Notes under the pieces: model-generated | What the model was told of the DNA's origin: nothing | The model's input: only the letters and a program-made list of their open reading frames with translations | The model's database searches: none | Shown: piece after piece, positions 1 to 13,224 of the stretch | How the letters are laid out: each line of letters opens with the position of its first letter | Numbering within the stretch: position 1 is the first letter of the stretch | NCBI RefSeq assembly: GCF_004010195.1 | Contig: NC_057753.1 | Location: 11,254,315 to 11,299,293 of the forward strand | DNA from: Chiloscyllium plagiosum | Lineage: Eukaryota | Direction: 5' to 3' | Length of the DNA stretch: 44,979 bases | Position numbers and translations under genes: made by a program

Positions 1-660
1 GCAGGTCGATAGGATAGTGAAGGCAGCGTTTGGTATGCTTTCCTTTATTGGTCAGAGTATGGAGTACAGGAGTTGGGAGGTCATGTTGCAGCTGTACAGG
101 ACATTGGTTAGGCCACTGTTGGAATATTGCGTGCAATTCTGGTCTCCTACCTATTGGAAGGATGTTGTGAAACTTGAAAGGGTTCAGAAAAGATTTACAA
201 CAATTTTGCCAGGGTTGGACGGTTTTAACTATAGGGAGACACTGAACAGGCTGGGGCTGTTTTCCCTGGAGCGTTGGAGGCTGAGGGGTGACCTTAATAG
301 AGGTTTACAAGATAATGAGGGGCATGAATAGGGTAAATAGGCAAAGTCTTTTCCCTGGAGTCAGGGAGTCCAGAACTAGAGAGCATACGTTTAGGGTGAG
401 AGGGGAAAGTTATAAAAGAGGGGCAACTTTTCACACAGAGGGTGGTACGTGTATGGAATGAGCTGGCAGAGGAAGTGGTGGAGGCTGGTACAATTGCAAC
501 ATTTAAGAAGCAGTTGGATGGGTATATGAATAGGAAGGGTTTGGAGGGATATGGGCCGGGTGCTTGCAGGTGGAACTAGATTGGGTTGGGATATCTGGTC
601 GGCATGGACGAGTTGAACCGAAGGGTCTGTTTCCATGCTGTACATCTTTATGACTCTGTG
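1..660 (+). mobile_element. CR1-clade LINE (HER1-like) 3' end
   Basis: ORF 17-331 has YRTLVRPLLEYCVQFWSP...LERVQKRFT...RLRGDL (CR1 ORF2 C-terminus), followed by the 3' UTR ending tgactctgtga. Confidence 0.92.
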
Positions 661-1013
661 ATAATCCTGCAAATGTAAATTCACCCCATAACTTGTGTGT
701 GTGTGTGTGTACGCACGTGCATGCATGAGAGAGTAGAGAAAGAGAGAGTTTGTGTGTGTGCATACTGGGTAAATTGCGTGTGTGATGGAATATAAGCATT
801 TGAGAGGATGTGTGTGTGGGTGAGTGTGTGAGGTGTATGTATGTGTCAGAGAGCCTATGTATGCACAAGTATGTGAGTATATAAGTGTGTGTGTGTGTGA
901 GTGTGAGAGACAGAGTGTATAGTGTAGTTGGGTCACCTGTAGTGTGACATGAACCCAAGGTTGAGGCCATCCTCATGTGTTCCAAACTTGGCTATCAGTC
1001 TCTGCTCAGCCAC
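661..1013 (-). mobile_element. Penelope-like element fragment (ORF C-terminus and 3' region)
   Basis: Minus strand reads VAEQRLIAKFGTHEDGLN.LGFMSHYR* followed by a (CA)-rich tract; homologous to 17090-17338. Confidence 0.7.
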
Positions 1014-1189
1014 AAGAAACAGTTAAGCGGTTACGCAACACACATTGGAGAGGGCAGGGTGGGACTTGTCTTTCGATTTGCAGAATGTGGGAGGATCTAG
1101 ATGCTGTGATTCAGGGCAAATACATGCTGGAGGACCTTGGGCTCAGATATGGAGCTGGAAGCCAGGGTGAGACACGTTGGGCGTAAAGC

Positions 1190-1505
1190 GGCAGGTTAAC
1201 CTCACAGCGCCAGGGACCAGGGTTCGATTCCATCCTCAGGGGACTGTCAGTGTGGAATTTGGAACATTCTGCCCTTGTGTCTGCATGGGTTACCTCCAGG
1301 TGCTCCACTTTCCTCCCACAGTTGAAATATCTGCAGCTTAGGGTGGATCGGCCATGCTAATGTGTCCAGGGATGTGCAGCCTCTGGTAGGTTAGCCATGG
1401 GCAACTGAAGGGCTGTAGGGCAATAGGGTGGGTCTGTGTGAGATGCTGTTTGGAGGGTCGGTGTGAATTCGATGGGCCAAAAGGCCTGTCAGGATTCTAT
1501 GATTC
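1190..1505 (+). mobile_element. Diverged HE1-type V-SINE
   Basis: B-box-like gggttcgattcc, degenerate V-domain (gtggaatttggaacattctgcc...ttcctcccac) and attctatgattct tail. Confidence 0.8.
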
Positions 1506-1839
1506 TACTGCCTTAGCCATGTGTATATTGAGAAATGATTGCCCCAAAACTACTGTGGGAGGAGTGGGTTCCAGTTCATGGGACACTAATAGGAGTCCTA
1601 GGGAATTGAGAAATTCTCAATGAGACATTCAGAAACATCATTAAAGTCTAAACGCATGCATGGAGGACCTTGGGCTCAGAGATGGAGCTGGAAGGCAGGG
1701 CTTTTTAAAAAAAAGCTGCAGAAATCTTTCTGAAACTTACATGCAAGTATGTGCAGTTAGGGCACAGTTCAGGACAGGCTGTAAGGGGTGAATGGCCTTT
1801 TCCTAGTCTTGTGGAATTGGTCCAATTGTATAGAAAGAG

Positions 1840-2190
1840 AGTCAGAGTTGTAGAGTATAGAAACAAACCCTTCGGTCCGTGACGACCAGATATCCTAAAT
1901 TAATCTGGTGACCCATTTGCCAGCATTAGATTAGATTAGATTACCTACAGTGTGGAAAGGTCCACATATTTATCTTTCCCCTCTTATCCTAAACCTTCCT
2001 GTTCATGTACCCATCCAGCTGCTGCAAATGTTGCAATTGCACCTGCCTCTACAAATTCCTTTGGCAGTTTGTTCAATACACATACTACCCTCTGCATGAA
2101 AAAGTTGCCTCTGAGGTCCCTTTTAAACCTTTTCCCTCTTACCCTAAACCTATGCCCCTCTAGTTTGGGACTCTGTACCCTGGGGAAAAG
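1840..2190 (-). mobile_element. CR1 LINE 3' fragments with a short SINE tail
   Basis: ORF 1984-2220 GHRFRVRGKRFKRDLRGNFFMQRVV; (TTAGA)n tail at about 1926-1945. Confidence 0.85.
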
Positions 2191-2338
2191 ACATACAAAG
2201 GTTGGGCAGCCAACCAACATGCAAAAGGAATAAAATGTCGAGCCAAGAGGGGAGAAATTTGTGGCTTCAGCTTTTTCTATCCGATTGGCGTTTGGACCCT
2301 TAAAATTTGTCGATAAAACCAGCCTCTCAACAAAACAT

Positions 2339-2595
2339 ACTGAGCATGCTCCTCGGTGTCAGTAAGGACTGCGCATGTTCGCCGGTGTCAGCAAAGCAAT
2401 GCACATGCTCCTTGGTGTCCGCAGAAATGGCACGCGACCGTCTTTCCATGGGCCAATTGGAAGCCAATCAGAGCCCCCTAGTGTCTGGATGCGGAAGTTG
2501 GACCATGAGCTTCTGAAGCTGCTCCTCTCTCTCTGAATGAAGATTGAGCTTCACCTCAGACTGCAACTTCCTTCCTTTATCCAACATCTGTGAGC
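2339..2595 (+). promoter_or_regulatory. Candidate promoter / first exon (3x NRF1-like repeat, CCAAT boxes, ETS site)
   Basis: Three ~30-bp units with TGCGCATG-like cores (2339, 2368, 2398), CCAAT at 2453 and 2464, GCGGAAGT at 2491, possible donor GTGAGC at 2590. Confidence 0.4.
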
Positions 2596-2743
2596 GCGGC
2601 ACTCTGTTTTCTCACCCTCTCCGTTTTACATTTGTTTTCATTCTGGGGTTTAATTGTTGACTTGCAGCAACTGAATGGAATGGGAGTGAATCCAGGAGAG
2701 GACAGATTCTGGAAAAGTTGGTCCTGGTCTGTGTCCCAGTTGG

Positions 2744-2831
2744 GAGAAAGTGAGGACTGCAGATGCTGGAGACCAGAGTTGAAAAATGTGATGCTGGAAA
2801 AACACAGCAGGCCAGGCAGTATCTGAGGAGC
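2744..2831 (-). mobile_element. Penelope-like terminal fragment
   Basis: Homologous to the tail that follows the hammerhead motif at 20490-20585; flanked by tgtcccagttgg / tgtcccaattgg. Confidence 0.7.
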
Positions 2832-2939
2832 TGTCCCAATTGGCAAAGACACAGCAAATCTAATGCACAAGGTGAAGTTATAGGCTTTACTATGAAAAAA
2901 TTAGGAAGGAGGTGCATTGTTTAAATGGTGATACCTTGA

Positions 2940-5900
2940 GCATAGAACATTACAGCATAGTACAGGCCCTTTGGCCCTCTTTGCACTATCCTGTGAAACC
3001 AATCTGAAGCCCATCTAACCTACACCATTCCATCCATTCTCATCCATATGTTTATCCAATGACCATTTAAATGCCTGTAAAATTGGCAAGCTTACAACTG
3101 TTGCAGGCAGTGCGTTCCACACCCCACTATTCTCTGAGTAAAGAAACTACTTCTGACATCTGTCCTATATCTATCGCCCCTCAATTTGAAGCTATGTCAC
3201 CTTGTGCTAGCCATCACCAACCTAGGAAAAAGACTCTCACTGTCCACGCGATCTAACCCTCTGATTGTCTTATGTCTCAATTAAGTCACCTCTCAACTTT
3301 ATTCTGTGTAACAAAAACAACCTCAACTCCCTCAACTTTTCCTTGTAAGACCTTCCCTCCATACCAGGCAACATCCTAGTAAATCTCTTCTGAACCCTTT
3401 CTAAAGCTTCCATATCCTTCCTATAATGCGGTGACCAGAACTGTATGCAGTATTCCAAGTGCGACTGCGTTGACAGCAGAGTTTTGTACAGCTGCCACGT
3501 GACCTCATGGTACCAAAACTCAAACCCTCTACTGATAAAAGCTAACACACCATATGCCTTCTTAATAGCCCTATCAACCCAGGCGGCAACTTTGATGGAT
3601 CTATGTACATGGACACTGAGATCTCTCTGCTCATCTACACCACCAAGACTCTTACCATTTGCCCTGTACTCTGAATTCCTGTTACTCCTTCCAAAGTGAA
3701 TCACCTCACACTTTTCTGCGTTAAACTCTATTTGACACCTCTCAGCCAAGCTCTGCAGCTTATCTATGTCCCTCTGTAACCCACAGCATTCTTCGGCACT
3801 ATCCACAACTGTACCAACCTTCATGTCTTCCGCATATTTACTAACCCATCCTTCTACACCCTCATCCAAGTTGTTTATAAAAATGACAAACATCAGTGGA
3901 CCCAAAACAGATCCTTGCCACTAATACCTGAACTCCAGGATGAACATCTCCCATTAACCACTATCTTCTGTCTCCTTTCAGCTAGCCAGTTTCTGATCCA
4001 AACTGCTAAATTGCCCTCAACCCCATGCCTTTGTATTTTGTGCAGTAGCCTAGCGTGCGGAGCCTTATCAAATGGCACGGTGGCATAGTGGTTAGCACTG
4101 CTGCCTCACAGCACCAGAGACCCGGATTCAATTCCTGTCTCGGGCAACTGTCTGTGTGGAGTTTGCACATTCTCCCCGTGTCTGCGTGGGTTTCCTCCGG
4201 GTGCTCTGGTTTCCTCCCACAGTCCAAAAGATGTGCAGGTTAGGTGAATTGGCTATGCTAAATTGCCTATAGTGTTAGGCGAAGGGGTAAATGTAAGGGG
4301 ATGGGTCTGGGTGGGTTGCTGTTCGGAGGGTCAGTGTGGACTTGTTGGGCCTAAGGGCTTGTTTCCTCACTGTAAGTAATCTTAAAAAAAAACACCTTAC
4401 TGAAATCCATATACACCACATCAACTGCTTTACCCTCATCCACCTGTTTGGTCATCTTCTCAAAGAACTCAATAAGGTTTGTGAGACACAATCTCCCCTT
4501 CACAAAACTGTGTTGACTATCCCTAATCAACTTATTCCTATCGGAGTGATTATAAATCCTATCTCTTATAACCTTTTCCAATACTTTACCCACAACTGAA
4601 CTAAGGCCCATTGGTCTATAATTACCAGGGTTGCCTCTACTCCCCTCCTTGAACAATGGAACAACACTTGCTATCCTCCAGTCTTCTGGTACTACTCCTG
4701 TAGATAATGACAACATAAAGATCAAAGCCAAAGGCTCGGCTATCTCCTCCCTGGCATCCAAGAGAATCCTCGGATTAATCCCATCCGGCTCAGGGGATTT
4801 ATCTACTTTCACACTTTCCAGAATTTCTAACACTGCCTACTTGTGAACCTCAATCCCATCTAGTTTCTAATCTGTTTCTCAGTATTCTCCTCGACAACAT
4901 TGTCTTTTTCCAGTGTGAATACTGATGAAAAATATTCATTTAGTGCTTCCTCTGTCTCCTGAGACTTCACTGACAACTTCCCACCACTGTCCTTGATTGG
5001 CCCTAATCTAATCATTCCTTTATCCCTTATATATCTATAGAAAGCTTTTGGTTTTTCCCTGATCCTATCCGCCAACAACTTCTCATGTCCCTTACTCGTC
5101 TTAGCTTTCTCTTTAGGTCTTTCCTGGCTATCTTGTAACTTTCCTTTATCCCTTATATATCTATAGAAAGCTTTTGGTTTTTCCCTGATCCTATCCACCA
5201 ACAACTTCTCATGTCACCCCCTTACTCGTCTTAGCTCTTTCTTTAGGTCTTTCCTGGCTATCTTGTAACTCTCAATTGCCCTATCTGAGCCTTCATATCT
5301 CATCCTAACATAAGCTTTCTTTCTCCTCTCGACAAGAGATTCAACTTCCTTAGTAAACCATGGCTCCTGCGCTTGACAACTTCTCCCTGTTTGACAGGTA
5401 CATGCACAGTAGCTGTTCCTTAAGTAAGTTCCACATTTCTATTGTGCCCATTTCCTGCAGTTTCCTTCCCCATCCTCTGCATCCTAAATCTTGTGTAATT
5501 GCTCACCAATCTCCAAATCTAACGCCTGGCCAGGTTCATTACCCAGTACCAAATCTAATGTGGCCTCGCCCCTTGTTGGCTTGTCTGCATACTGTATCAG
5601 AAAACCCGCCTGCACACAATGGCCAAACACTGACCCATCTAAAGTACTTGAACTATAGTATTCCCAGTCAATATTTGGAAAGTTGAAGTCTCTCATAACA
5701 ACTACCCTGTCACTCTTGCTCTTATCCAGAACCATCATTGCTATCCTTTCCTCTAAATCTCTGGAACTATTTGGAAGCCTATAGAAAACTCCCCAAAAGG
5801 GTGGCCTCTCCTTTCTATTTTCTAATCTCAGTCCATACTACCTCAGTTGACGAGTCCTCAAACATCCTTACTGCAGCCATAATACCATCCTTGACTAACA

Positions 5901-6565
5901 ATGTCACACCCCCACCTCTTTACCATCTTCTGTGTTCTTACTGAAACATCTAAATCCCGGAATCTGCACAGCCATTCCTGTCTTTGCTCTACCCATGTCT
6001 CTGAAATGGCCACAATATTGAAATCTCAGGTACTGACCCATGCTGCAAGTTCACCCACATTATTCCGGACGCTCCTGGTGTTGAAATAGACACATTTCAA
6101 ATCAACTTGGTCCTCTTACGACCCCTGAAACCTTATTTCTGACCTTCCTACTTTCAACCTCCTCTATAATCAAACTACAATTTAGGTTCCCACCCCCCTG
6201 TTGAATTAGTTTAAACCCACTCGAACAGCAATAGCAACTTCCACCCCCCCCCCCCCCAAGGATATTGGTACTCCTCTGGTTCAGGTGAAGATCATCCTGT
6301 TTGTAGAGGCTCCACCGACCCAGAAAGAGCCCCAATTATCGAGGAATCCAAAACCCTCCTCTCCTGCCCCACTCCTGTAGCCACATGTTCAACTCCTCTC
6401 TCTCCTCACCTCACTAGCATGTGGTACGGGCAACAAACCAGAGATAACAACTCTGTTTGTCCTATATCTCAGCTTACACCCTAGCTCCCTGAATTTCTGC
6501 CTTAAATCCCCATCACTCTTCCTACGTATGTTGTTGGTGCTTATGTGGACCACTACTTGGGCTAT
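2940..6565 (-). mobile_element. Long degraded CR1 LINE (ORF1 esterase part, APE endonuclease, RT, 3' UTR)
   Basis: VVVHISTNNI and DDLHLNQRSTNIL (SGNH-like ORF1), DFNFPNIDW / LDLVL (APE), PGNYRP, VDVVYMDFSK, GPLMFVIFINNL..SKYAED (RT); many stops and frameshifts; internal 126-bp duplication at 5015-5270. Confidence 0.92.
4074..4383 (+). mobile_element. HE1-type V-SINE inserted in CR1
   Basis: tRNA-like head (A box tggcatagtgg, B box ggattcaattcc), V-domain, 3' tail. Confidence 0.92.
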
Positions 6566-6900
6566 GGGGATGAAGTGCTCTAAGGTTTACCAACAGTAAG
6601 TAAAGAGTGCTGAGTGGGGAGCCCAGTGAAGTGTTAGGTGGGTTTTTGTTTAAAACTACTTACTTCTGTCAGCCTCCAACACTGTATTTCCAATGCTGTG
6701 CGTCAGAAGGAGTGGTGAATCAGTAACTGGTATCGTTAGAAGCTTTACGATTTTCAGTACTGCAGCTCCTGAAGGTACTGCAGCTACTATTGTTCCATCA
6801 GCGTTGTAAAGTTTACTGGCAGCAGCGGATGGTGTGGGTTGTATTCACTCAAACTGGTTAAGCAGTTAGTTAACACACATATGAGAGGGCAGGGTGGGAC

Positions 6901-7519
6901 TGAAGATCTGAAATCTGAATACAGGCTGTTATCAGGAGCTCTTACTAACATAAACAACAACATGACAATATGGCTCAAATTGACAATTCTGCTTAAAAGC
7001 TGTATAAAGTGGCTTTTAACCCTGCTAAAAGCTACATTCCAGATTTAACCATTGTGTGCTTTAACAAAGATTAGCAGACAATGCCTCCTTTGCAGCATAG
7101 AAATAACTAGACTAGATAAGATATTACTAGCTATCCTAACTGACCTTGCAAGTGCAGATGCGGAAAATAGTGTCGGGAGATAAAGGTGCTTGGATGTGTA
7201 AAGCAAAGGTTGGTTCCCAGGAAATATCATTGGGTTATGCTGCTGTCAATAATGTCATTTTATTAAATTTGATTGGTAATTGTTTGAATCTGCTGTGGCT
7301 GTACTTCTTTTCAAAAAAGATATAAAAATGTCTTTGTCTTAAGCCATGTGCACAGTTTCTCTGAGGGACACAGAAGTGTTTAACCTCTGTTGCTAGACGA
7401 CCAGTACCTGGCCGTAAAATAAAGTGTGAAATCTTACAGAACCAGTCTGAATTGCTAGTGTTTATAGACAGATCGCAGAACAGAGAGAGAGCTGCCTGCC
7501 AGGGGAGTCCAGATCTTCA
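6901..7519 (+). mobile_element. Solo LTR (619 bp)
   Basis: Starts TGAAGATCTG, ends CAGATCTTCA (10-bp perfect inverted repeat); 4-bp TSD GGAC; TATAAAA at ~7321; AATAAA at 7418. Confidence 0.88.
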
Positions 7520-7589
7520 GGACTTGTCGATTGATTTGCAGAAGGTGGGTGGTTCTGGGTGCTGTGATCCAGGGCAAGTACAACTGCGG

Positions 7590-8082
7590 TAAATCCCAGA
7601 AGCCCTACAGTGTGGAAGCAGGTCATTCGGCTCATCAGGTCCACACCGACCCCTCAGAGCATGCCATATAAACCCCCCACCCACATCCAGTCATTTCTGC
7701 TGGTGAGTGAAACTAGGATGAGGGGACATGGCCTCAAGAGTAGATTTCAGACAGAGATAAGGAGGAGCTGCTTTTTCCAGAGACCAGTGAATCTATATCT
7801 GCCCAAGGAAGCAGTAGAGGCAGCTTCATTAAATATATTCAAGACACAGTTGAATGGGTGTTTGCATGGTAGGGGAATTAAGGGTAGTCGGGATAATGTG
7901 GGTAGGAGGAGCTGAGATGAATAGATCAGCCATGAGCTTAGTGAATGGCAGAGCAGATTCGATGGGCCAAATGGCCTACTCCTGCCTCTATTACAATGAA
8001 ACTAAAACCCTGCACTTCCCATTGTCTAACCCACCTAACCTGCACATCCCTGGACACTGGGCAATTTAGCATGGCCAATCCA
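7590..8082. mobile_element. SINE 3' part (-) interrupted by a CR1-type 3' end (+)
   Basis: SINE tail at 7590-7680 and 8010-8082; LINE tail at 7695-7995. Confidence 0.65.
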
Positions 8083-8889
8083 AATCAAGGCAGGTGAGCA
8101 ATGCAGTGATGTGGAAAATGAACATCAGAGCATGATAGAAAGGGACAAGGAGAGTAAACGTATCAGCAATCAAAACTGGATTCTAAAAACCAAAAGTTGA
8201 AACGGAAGACTGTGTGTCTGAATGTGTGCTGCATTGTAACAAAAGTGAATGAATTGACTGCAACACATTGAAGAGAACAATTATGATCTAAGAATCCTTA
8301 CAAAGACATGGCTTCAGGATGACAAGGATTGGATCCTGAATATCGAGGGGTTACGTGGCATTCAAGTCGAATGGGAAGTTGGGTAAAGGTAGAGGATTGG
8401 CGCTGCTAATCAAAGCACTGATCACAGGGTAATCTGGTGTCAGCTCAGATTTCAGGTGTGATTTCTCTGTCCTCTGTTGATCTCCCTGTTCCCACAGAGT
8501 AAGATGTCGGTCTGTTCTCAGCTCTGTTGGATTTCTGCTGAAGCTTTGACCCCCTTTTACACCTTCCAGAGCAATAAAACATATAGTCGGTCAGGATCCA
8601 ACCCACAGTCTTCCAGCCTGTCAGCGATCCAGACACAGAATGTCATTGTGGTGGGGAATAAATCAAGAAAAGTGAAACAAAATTAGAAATAAATACTTGG
8701 TTGGTGTTTGTGGTTAGTGTTTTAGGTTAATGTTTATTCATTAGAAAGTAAACCAGAAATAGGGGTCTCCCAGGATTCTTATATGCCCGATGTGAGGAAT
8801 TCTCTCTCCCTTACATCTAAGTAATAGTACCCAGCTATGATTTATATCAATACAGTATTTACATTAACAGAAATACATCATCTGTTATC

Positions 8890-9870
8890 AAATAGACATC
8901 GAGATATACAGCACTGAAATAGACTTTTCGATCCAACATATCCATGCTGACAAGATATCCTGTGGAAATCTAGTTACATTCGCCAGCATTTAGCCCATAT
9001 CCGTACAACCCTTCTTGTTCACATACCCATCCAGATGCCTTTTAAATGTAATTGTACCGGCCACTTCCTCTGGCAGCTCATTCCATACACGCACCACCCT
9101 CTGAGTGAAACCGTTGCTGCTTAGATCCCTTTTAAATAGTTCCCCTCCCTCGCCTAAACCTCTGGTTTTGGACACCCCCACCCTGGAGAAAAGACCTACA
9201 CGCACCACCCTCTGTGTGAAACCGTTGCTGCTTAGATCCCTTTTAAATGGTTCCCCTCCCTCACCTAAACCTCTGGTTTTGGACACCCCCACCCTGGAGA
9301 AAAGACCTTGTCTATTTACCTTATCCATGCCCCTCATGATTTCATAAAACTATAAGGTCACCCCTCCACCTCTGATGCTCCAGGGAAAACAACTCTTTCA
9401 TATTCAGCCTCTCCTTATACCACAACCCTCCAACCCTGGTGACATCCTTCTCAATCTCTTCTGCACCCTTTCAAATTTTGCAACATCCTTCCTATCCTCT
9501 AGCAGGGAGACCAGTATCAAATGAAATATTTCAAAAGTGGCCTAACGAATGTCCTGTACGGCTGCGGCATGACCTCCCAACTCTTGTACCCAATGCAATC
9601 GATGGGACAAAGAGCCTCTTTCTGCACTGCAAGGATTTTATGATTTTGTTCTGTGTCCCAGTCGATTTTAGTCACGATCTCTGGTGTATGGTGTGTCAGG
9701 GTGGGATCACTGGTACCAAGATTGCATGCAATGGTCCAAAGGAAGCCTAACTCATTTCCTGTACAGCCACAACATGATCTCCCAACTGACCAATAAAGCA
9801 AAGCGTTCCAACCACCTTCACTATTCTGTCTACTTTGCGACTCTATTTTCAAGGAATTATGAACCTGTCA
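8890..9870 (-). mobile_element. CR1 LINE 3' part with internal 111-bp tandem duplication
   Basis: ORF 8990-9337 repeats GLFSRVGVSKTRG...FTQRVVRV twice (9086-9196 and 9197-9307). Confidence 0.88.
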
Positions 9871-10005
9871 TACAGCATGAAAAAAGACCTTCAGTCCAAC
9901 CAGTCCATGCCAACCATAATCCCAAGTTAAATTAATCTCTCCAGCCTGCTTCTGACCTGTATCCCTCCAAACTTTCCTATTCCTGTACTTATCCAAATGG
10001 CTTTC

Positions 10006-11719
10006 TTTTTGTAAGTAAATTTATTAGCAAATTTTTTTTAACTTTCCAAACATATAAAATTATTGAAAAATACAATCAATAACAAATATCAATACAATAA
10101 AAAGACAAAAACATAAATTACAATACAATTACTGTCACCCTAGCTATTAACCTACCGTTTAATACAAAACAAACCCTAACACTGTGCAAAGCAACACCAA
10201 AAAAAAGAAACAAAAGCAAAAAAAAATGAAAAAACCACAAAATACAGAACAGCTATGCTCAGCGAAAAGCTCCCAAACAAAGGAACAGGAGCATTGTATA
10301 TGTACCCGTATTAACTCAGGAGACCCCCTCCAGGGCCCAGGGCTTCCCAAATCTAACCATCCTGGTTAAACAAACGTCCTAGTTAAGACAACTGACCAAT
10401 CTATCTCCAATAACTCAAGTAGGGCTGCCATGTCTTATAAAAATGATCTATTGTGTGGTGCTCCATGTTTGTAAAAAAGTCCAAGGGAATGTGCTCCATA
10501 ATTAATTTCTGCCATCCCAGCAAGCCCGGCGGGTTCTCAGACGCCCAATTCATCAGAATATTCTTCTGTGCAGTGTGCAAAAATATTAAATAGTTTCTTC
10601 CCATGCCCGTCTAAAGATGGTAAATTCGGTAGACCTAAGAGGAGAGATATTGGGTCTACTTTGACCTCAGTCCTCAATACCCTCCCTATCTCTCCTGCCT
10701 CAGTGCTCCAGTAAACATGGAGCCTGTGCCATGTCCAGAAACAGTGGGTAAGAGTACCTACACTGATAATACATTTGGGGCACACTGAAGATGCCCCTTT
10801 TTTAAACTTCGCCAGACGGTCTGGTACCAGATGAGCCCTGTGCAGAACTTTTAACAGCGTAGCGCAAGTCCTGTTACAGATTGAGATCTTTCAAGTATTC
10901 TCCCATATGTTCTCCCATGTTTCAGACGAGATCTCCATTCCTAGCTCTTGTCCCAGACCTCACATAAATGGTTAATATCCTGCCAGGCCCTGCCACCCAG
11001 CAGGCGATAGAGGGCACTAACCGAAAGTGTGCTTGTGGAACGTAGCAACAACCTCTCTGTATCGGGCTTATAGGGCTTAGTGAGAAGTGTGGTCTCCTTC
11101 TGGATGAAATCCCTAACCTGAAAAAAACGGAAAAGATCTCCAAAGGCATAGCCTCCGATTATGCAAAGTTAATCTTACATCCTGAAATATAGCCCCAAAT
11201 GAATTGATACATTGTATCAAATGGGATACGGAGGTCATTGGGTTCGATAAAAACAGAAGGACATCATCCGCATAAAGTGTAGTCTTGTGTGCCATTGGTC
11301 CCACTTCCGGAGCGGTTATGTGGACGTTCTGACGAATGGCCTCTGCCAGCGGCTCCATCACCAACGTAAACAACAACGGTAAGAGGGGGCATCCTTGCCG
11401 ACTACCCCAACCAATTGAAAAATTCCCAGACTTCACTCAGTTGGTGATGACTGCGTCCAGAGGGTGGCGATATAAAACCTCCACCCACCGAACAAAGACT
11501 CCACCCAACCCGAACTGTTCTAAGACATAAAAAAGATATGGCCATTCCACCCGGTCAAACGCTTCCTCTGCATCTAAGGAAATCACCAACCTCTGAATCG
11601 ATCGTTGCTTACAAACTTGGTCCACATTCAGCAACCTTCTAATATTATTAGAGGACCTACGACCCCTTATAAAGCCTGTCTGGTCCTCTTCAGTAACACC
11701 CTTTCCAATCTCAGCACAT
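10006..11719 (-). mobile_element. 5'-truncated L1-clade LINE (RT and C-terminal Cys/His domain), internally deleted
   Basis: DQTGFIRGR, SLDAEEAFDRVEW, GSRQGCPLLPLLF, LYADDVL and CPKC..GTLTHCFW; T-rich 3' UTR with AATAAA; 14-bp TSD tccaaatggctttc at 9992-10005 and 11720-11733. Confidence 0.92.
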
Positions 11720-12049
11720 TCCAAATGGCTTTCAACTATACCCTCATCCACCACTTCCTCAGAAAGTTCATTCCACACATGAATCACCCTCTGTGTAAAA
11801 TTAGTATTTGAACGGCTAGGATGAGGTTGAATTGAAATGGTTCATAAAATAAACAGTTTCTCCCAAACCCCCGACAGCAGCTATGGTAGCACCTCCAACT
11901 CTGGGTCTTCCCCTCCCCATGTGCTTCAGCTGCAGGGCAGCACAGGCCCACTGCCTGCCCTGCCCCCATTGATCCATTGTGATGTCACAATGCGGAGGTA
12001 GCCCTGTCAGTTTCAGAGTGAAACTCCCTCCCTCCCTCTGGCCAACATG

Positions 12050-12380
12050 GAATCCCTATAGTGTGGAAACAGGCCCTTTTGGCCCAGCAAGTCCACACCG
12101 ACCCTCCAAAGGATATCCCACTCAGACCCATTCCCCTATTACTCTACATTTACCCCTGACTAATGCACCTAACCTAGACATCCCTGAACACTATGGGGCA
12201 ATTTAGCATGGTCAATTCACCTAATTTGCATATCTTTGAATTGTGGGAGGAAACCGGAGCAAACCCACGCAGACATGGGGAGAATGTGCAAACTCCACAC
12301 AGGCAGTCGCCTGAGGCTGGAATTGAACCCGGGTCCCTGATGCTGTGAGACAGCAGTGCTAACCACTGAGACACCGTGCT
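12050..12380 (-). mobile_element. HE1-type V-SINE
   Basis: Full head, V-domain and tail on the minus strand. Confidence 0.9.
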
Positions 12381-12613
12381 ATCGTCCATTTGGGAGCAAA
12401 GCAATGTCTCCCCTTTCCATTCCTCATCCTGGGAGTGAGAGAGAGGGACAGACACTGTTCACTTGTAGCATCTGGAATGAATCCAGGGAGGGAACACACT
12501 CTGCAAAAATGCTCAGATGCTCTCTGCCCCTCTTAAAGGAATTTTCATTATGTATTCCCTCAGTTTGGCAGGAATACAGTTTGCAGCCCAGAAAAGGATT
12601 GCCTCTTTGCTCA

Positions 12614-13203
12614 TGTGAAATAGAGGTAAAGCAGTGTTGCTTCTGCAGCTATAATTGCTTCTGCTAGGTGATGAACGAACTTACACAATTGTATAATTGT
12701 TTCACCAAAGAGCTGAAGTTACAAAGAGCTGAGTTAGCTAAAACTTGCATGCAAAAGTTAAGCTTAGATTGAGCAACAATGGAATACATTATGGACAAGT
12801 AGATAAGGAGGAAAAAGAACACTTAGCCATGCCAGCTCAGCGATTTCCCTTACCTAGGCACCAGAATAAGCCAAGTTAGTTGCAAATAAGGGATAAAACA
12901 AACAAGAGTGAGGAGCGCCAGGCTTAGAGTAGTGGGAGAAGTAAACAAGGTGGAGCGCAGCTAGACAAGGGCAGAATACAGTAAGGAATAGTGATAGGTT
13001 TGACACGTAATATGCTAGGCCAATGAAGTAAATGGGGAAGTACCGAAAGAGACTCAATTAAACTGTATAAATTGTGAAGTAATGTTTGGATCGGGGTGCC
13101 TACTTGTTAGACACCCATCTTACGAGAACGTTTCAATAAAATTCGCTGCTTCAGAATTTGACTCGGACTGAAATTTATAGATACGTGAACTTTGTTTCTC
13201 ATA
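12614..13203 (+). mobile_element. 5' LTR of a class I endogenous retrovirus
   Basis: TGTGAAA start (approximate), CCAAT ~13020, TATAAA ~13066, AATAAA 13135, end TTTCTCATA; U5 homologous to the solo LTR at 19263; followed by PBS and gag. Confidence 0.75.
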
Positions 13204-13206
13204 ATT

Positions 13207-13224
13207 TGGACACTTGTCTGGGGT
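13207..13224 (+). promoter_or_regulatory. Degenerate primer-binding site, probably tRNA-Pro
   Basis: TGGACACTTGTCTGGGGT directly after the LTR; about 12/18 match to TGGGGGCTCGTCCGGGAT. Confidence 0.5.

Noticed and set aside
391..985. His/Thr-rich ORFs
   Set aside because: Translation of (CA)n-like low-complexity sequence and antisense CR1.
4074..4150. SINE heads as tRNA genes
   Set aside because: A and B boxes run straight into the V-domain, with no complete cloverleaf.
8470..8690. Possible exon after cccacag (similar candidates at 11830-12040 and 34100-34180)
   Set aside because: Only splice-like motifs; no recognisable protein or matching donor.
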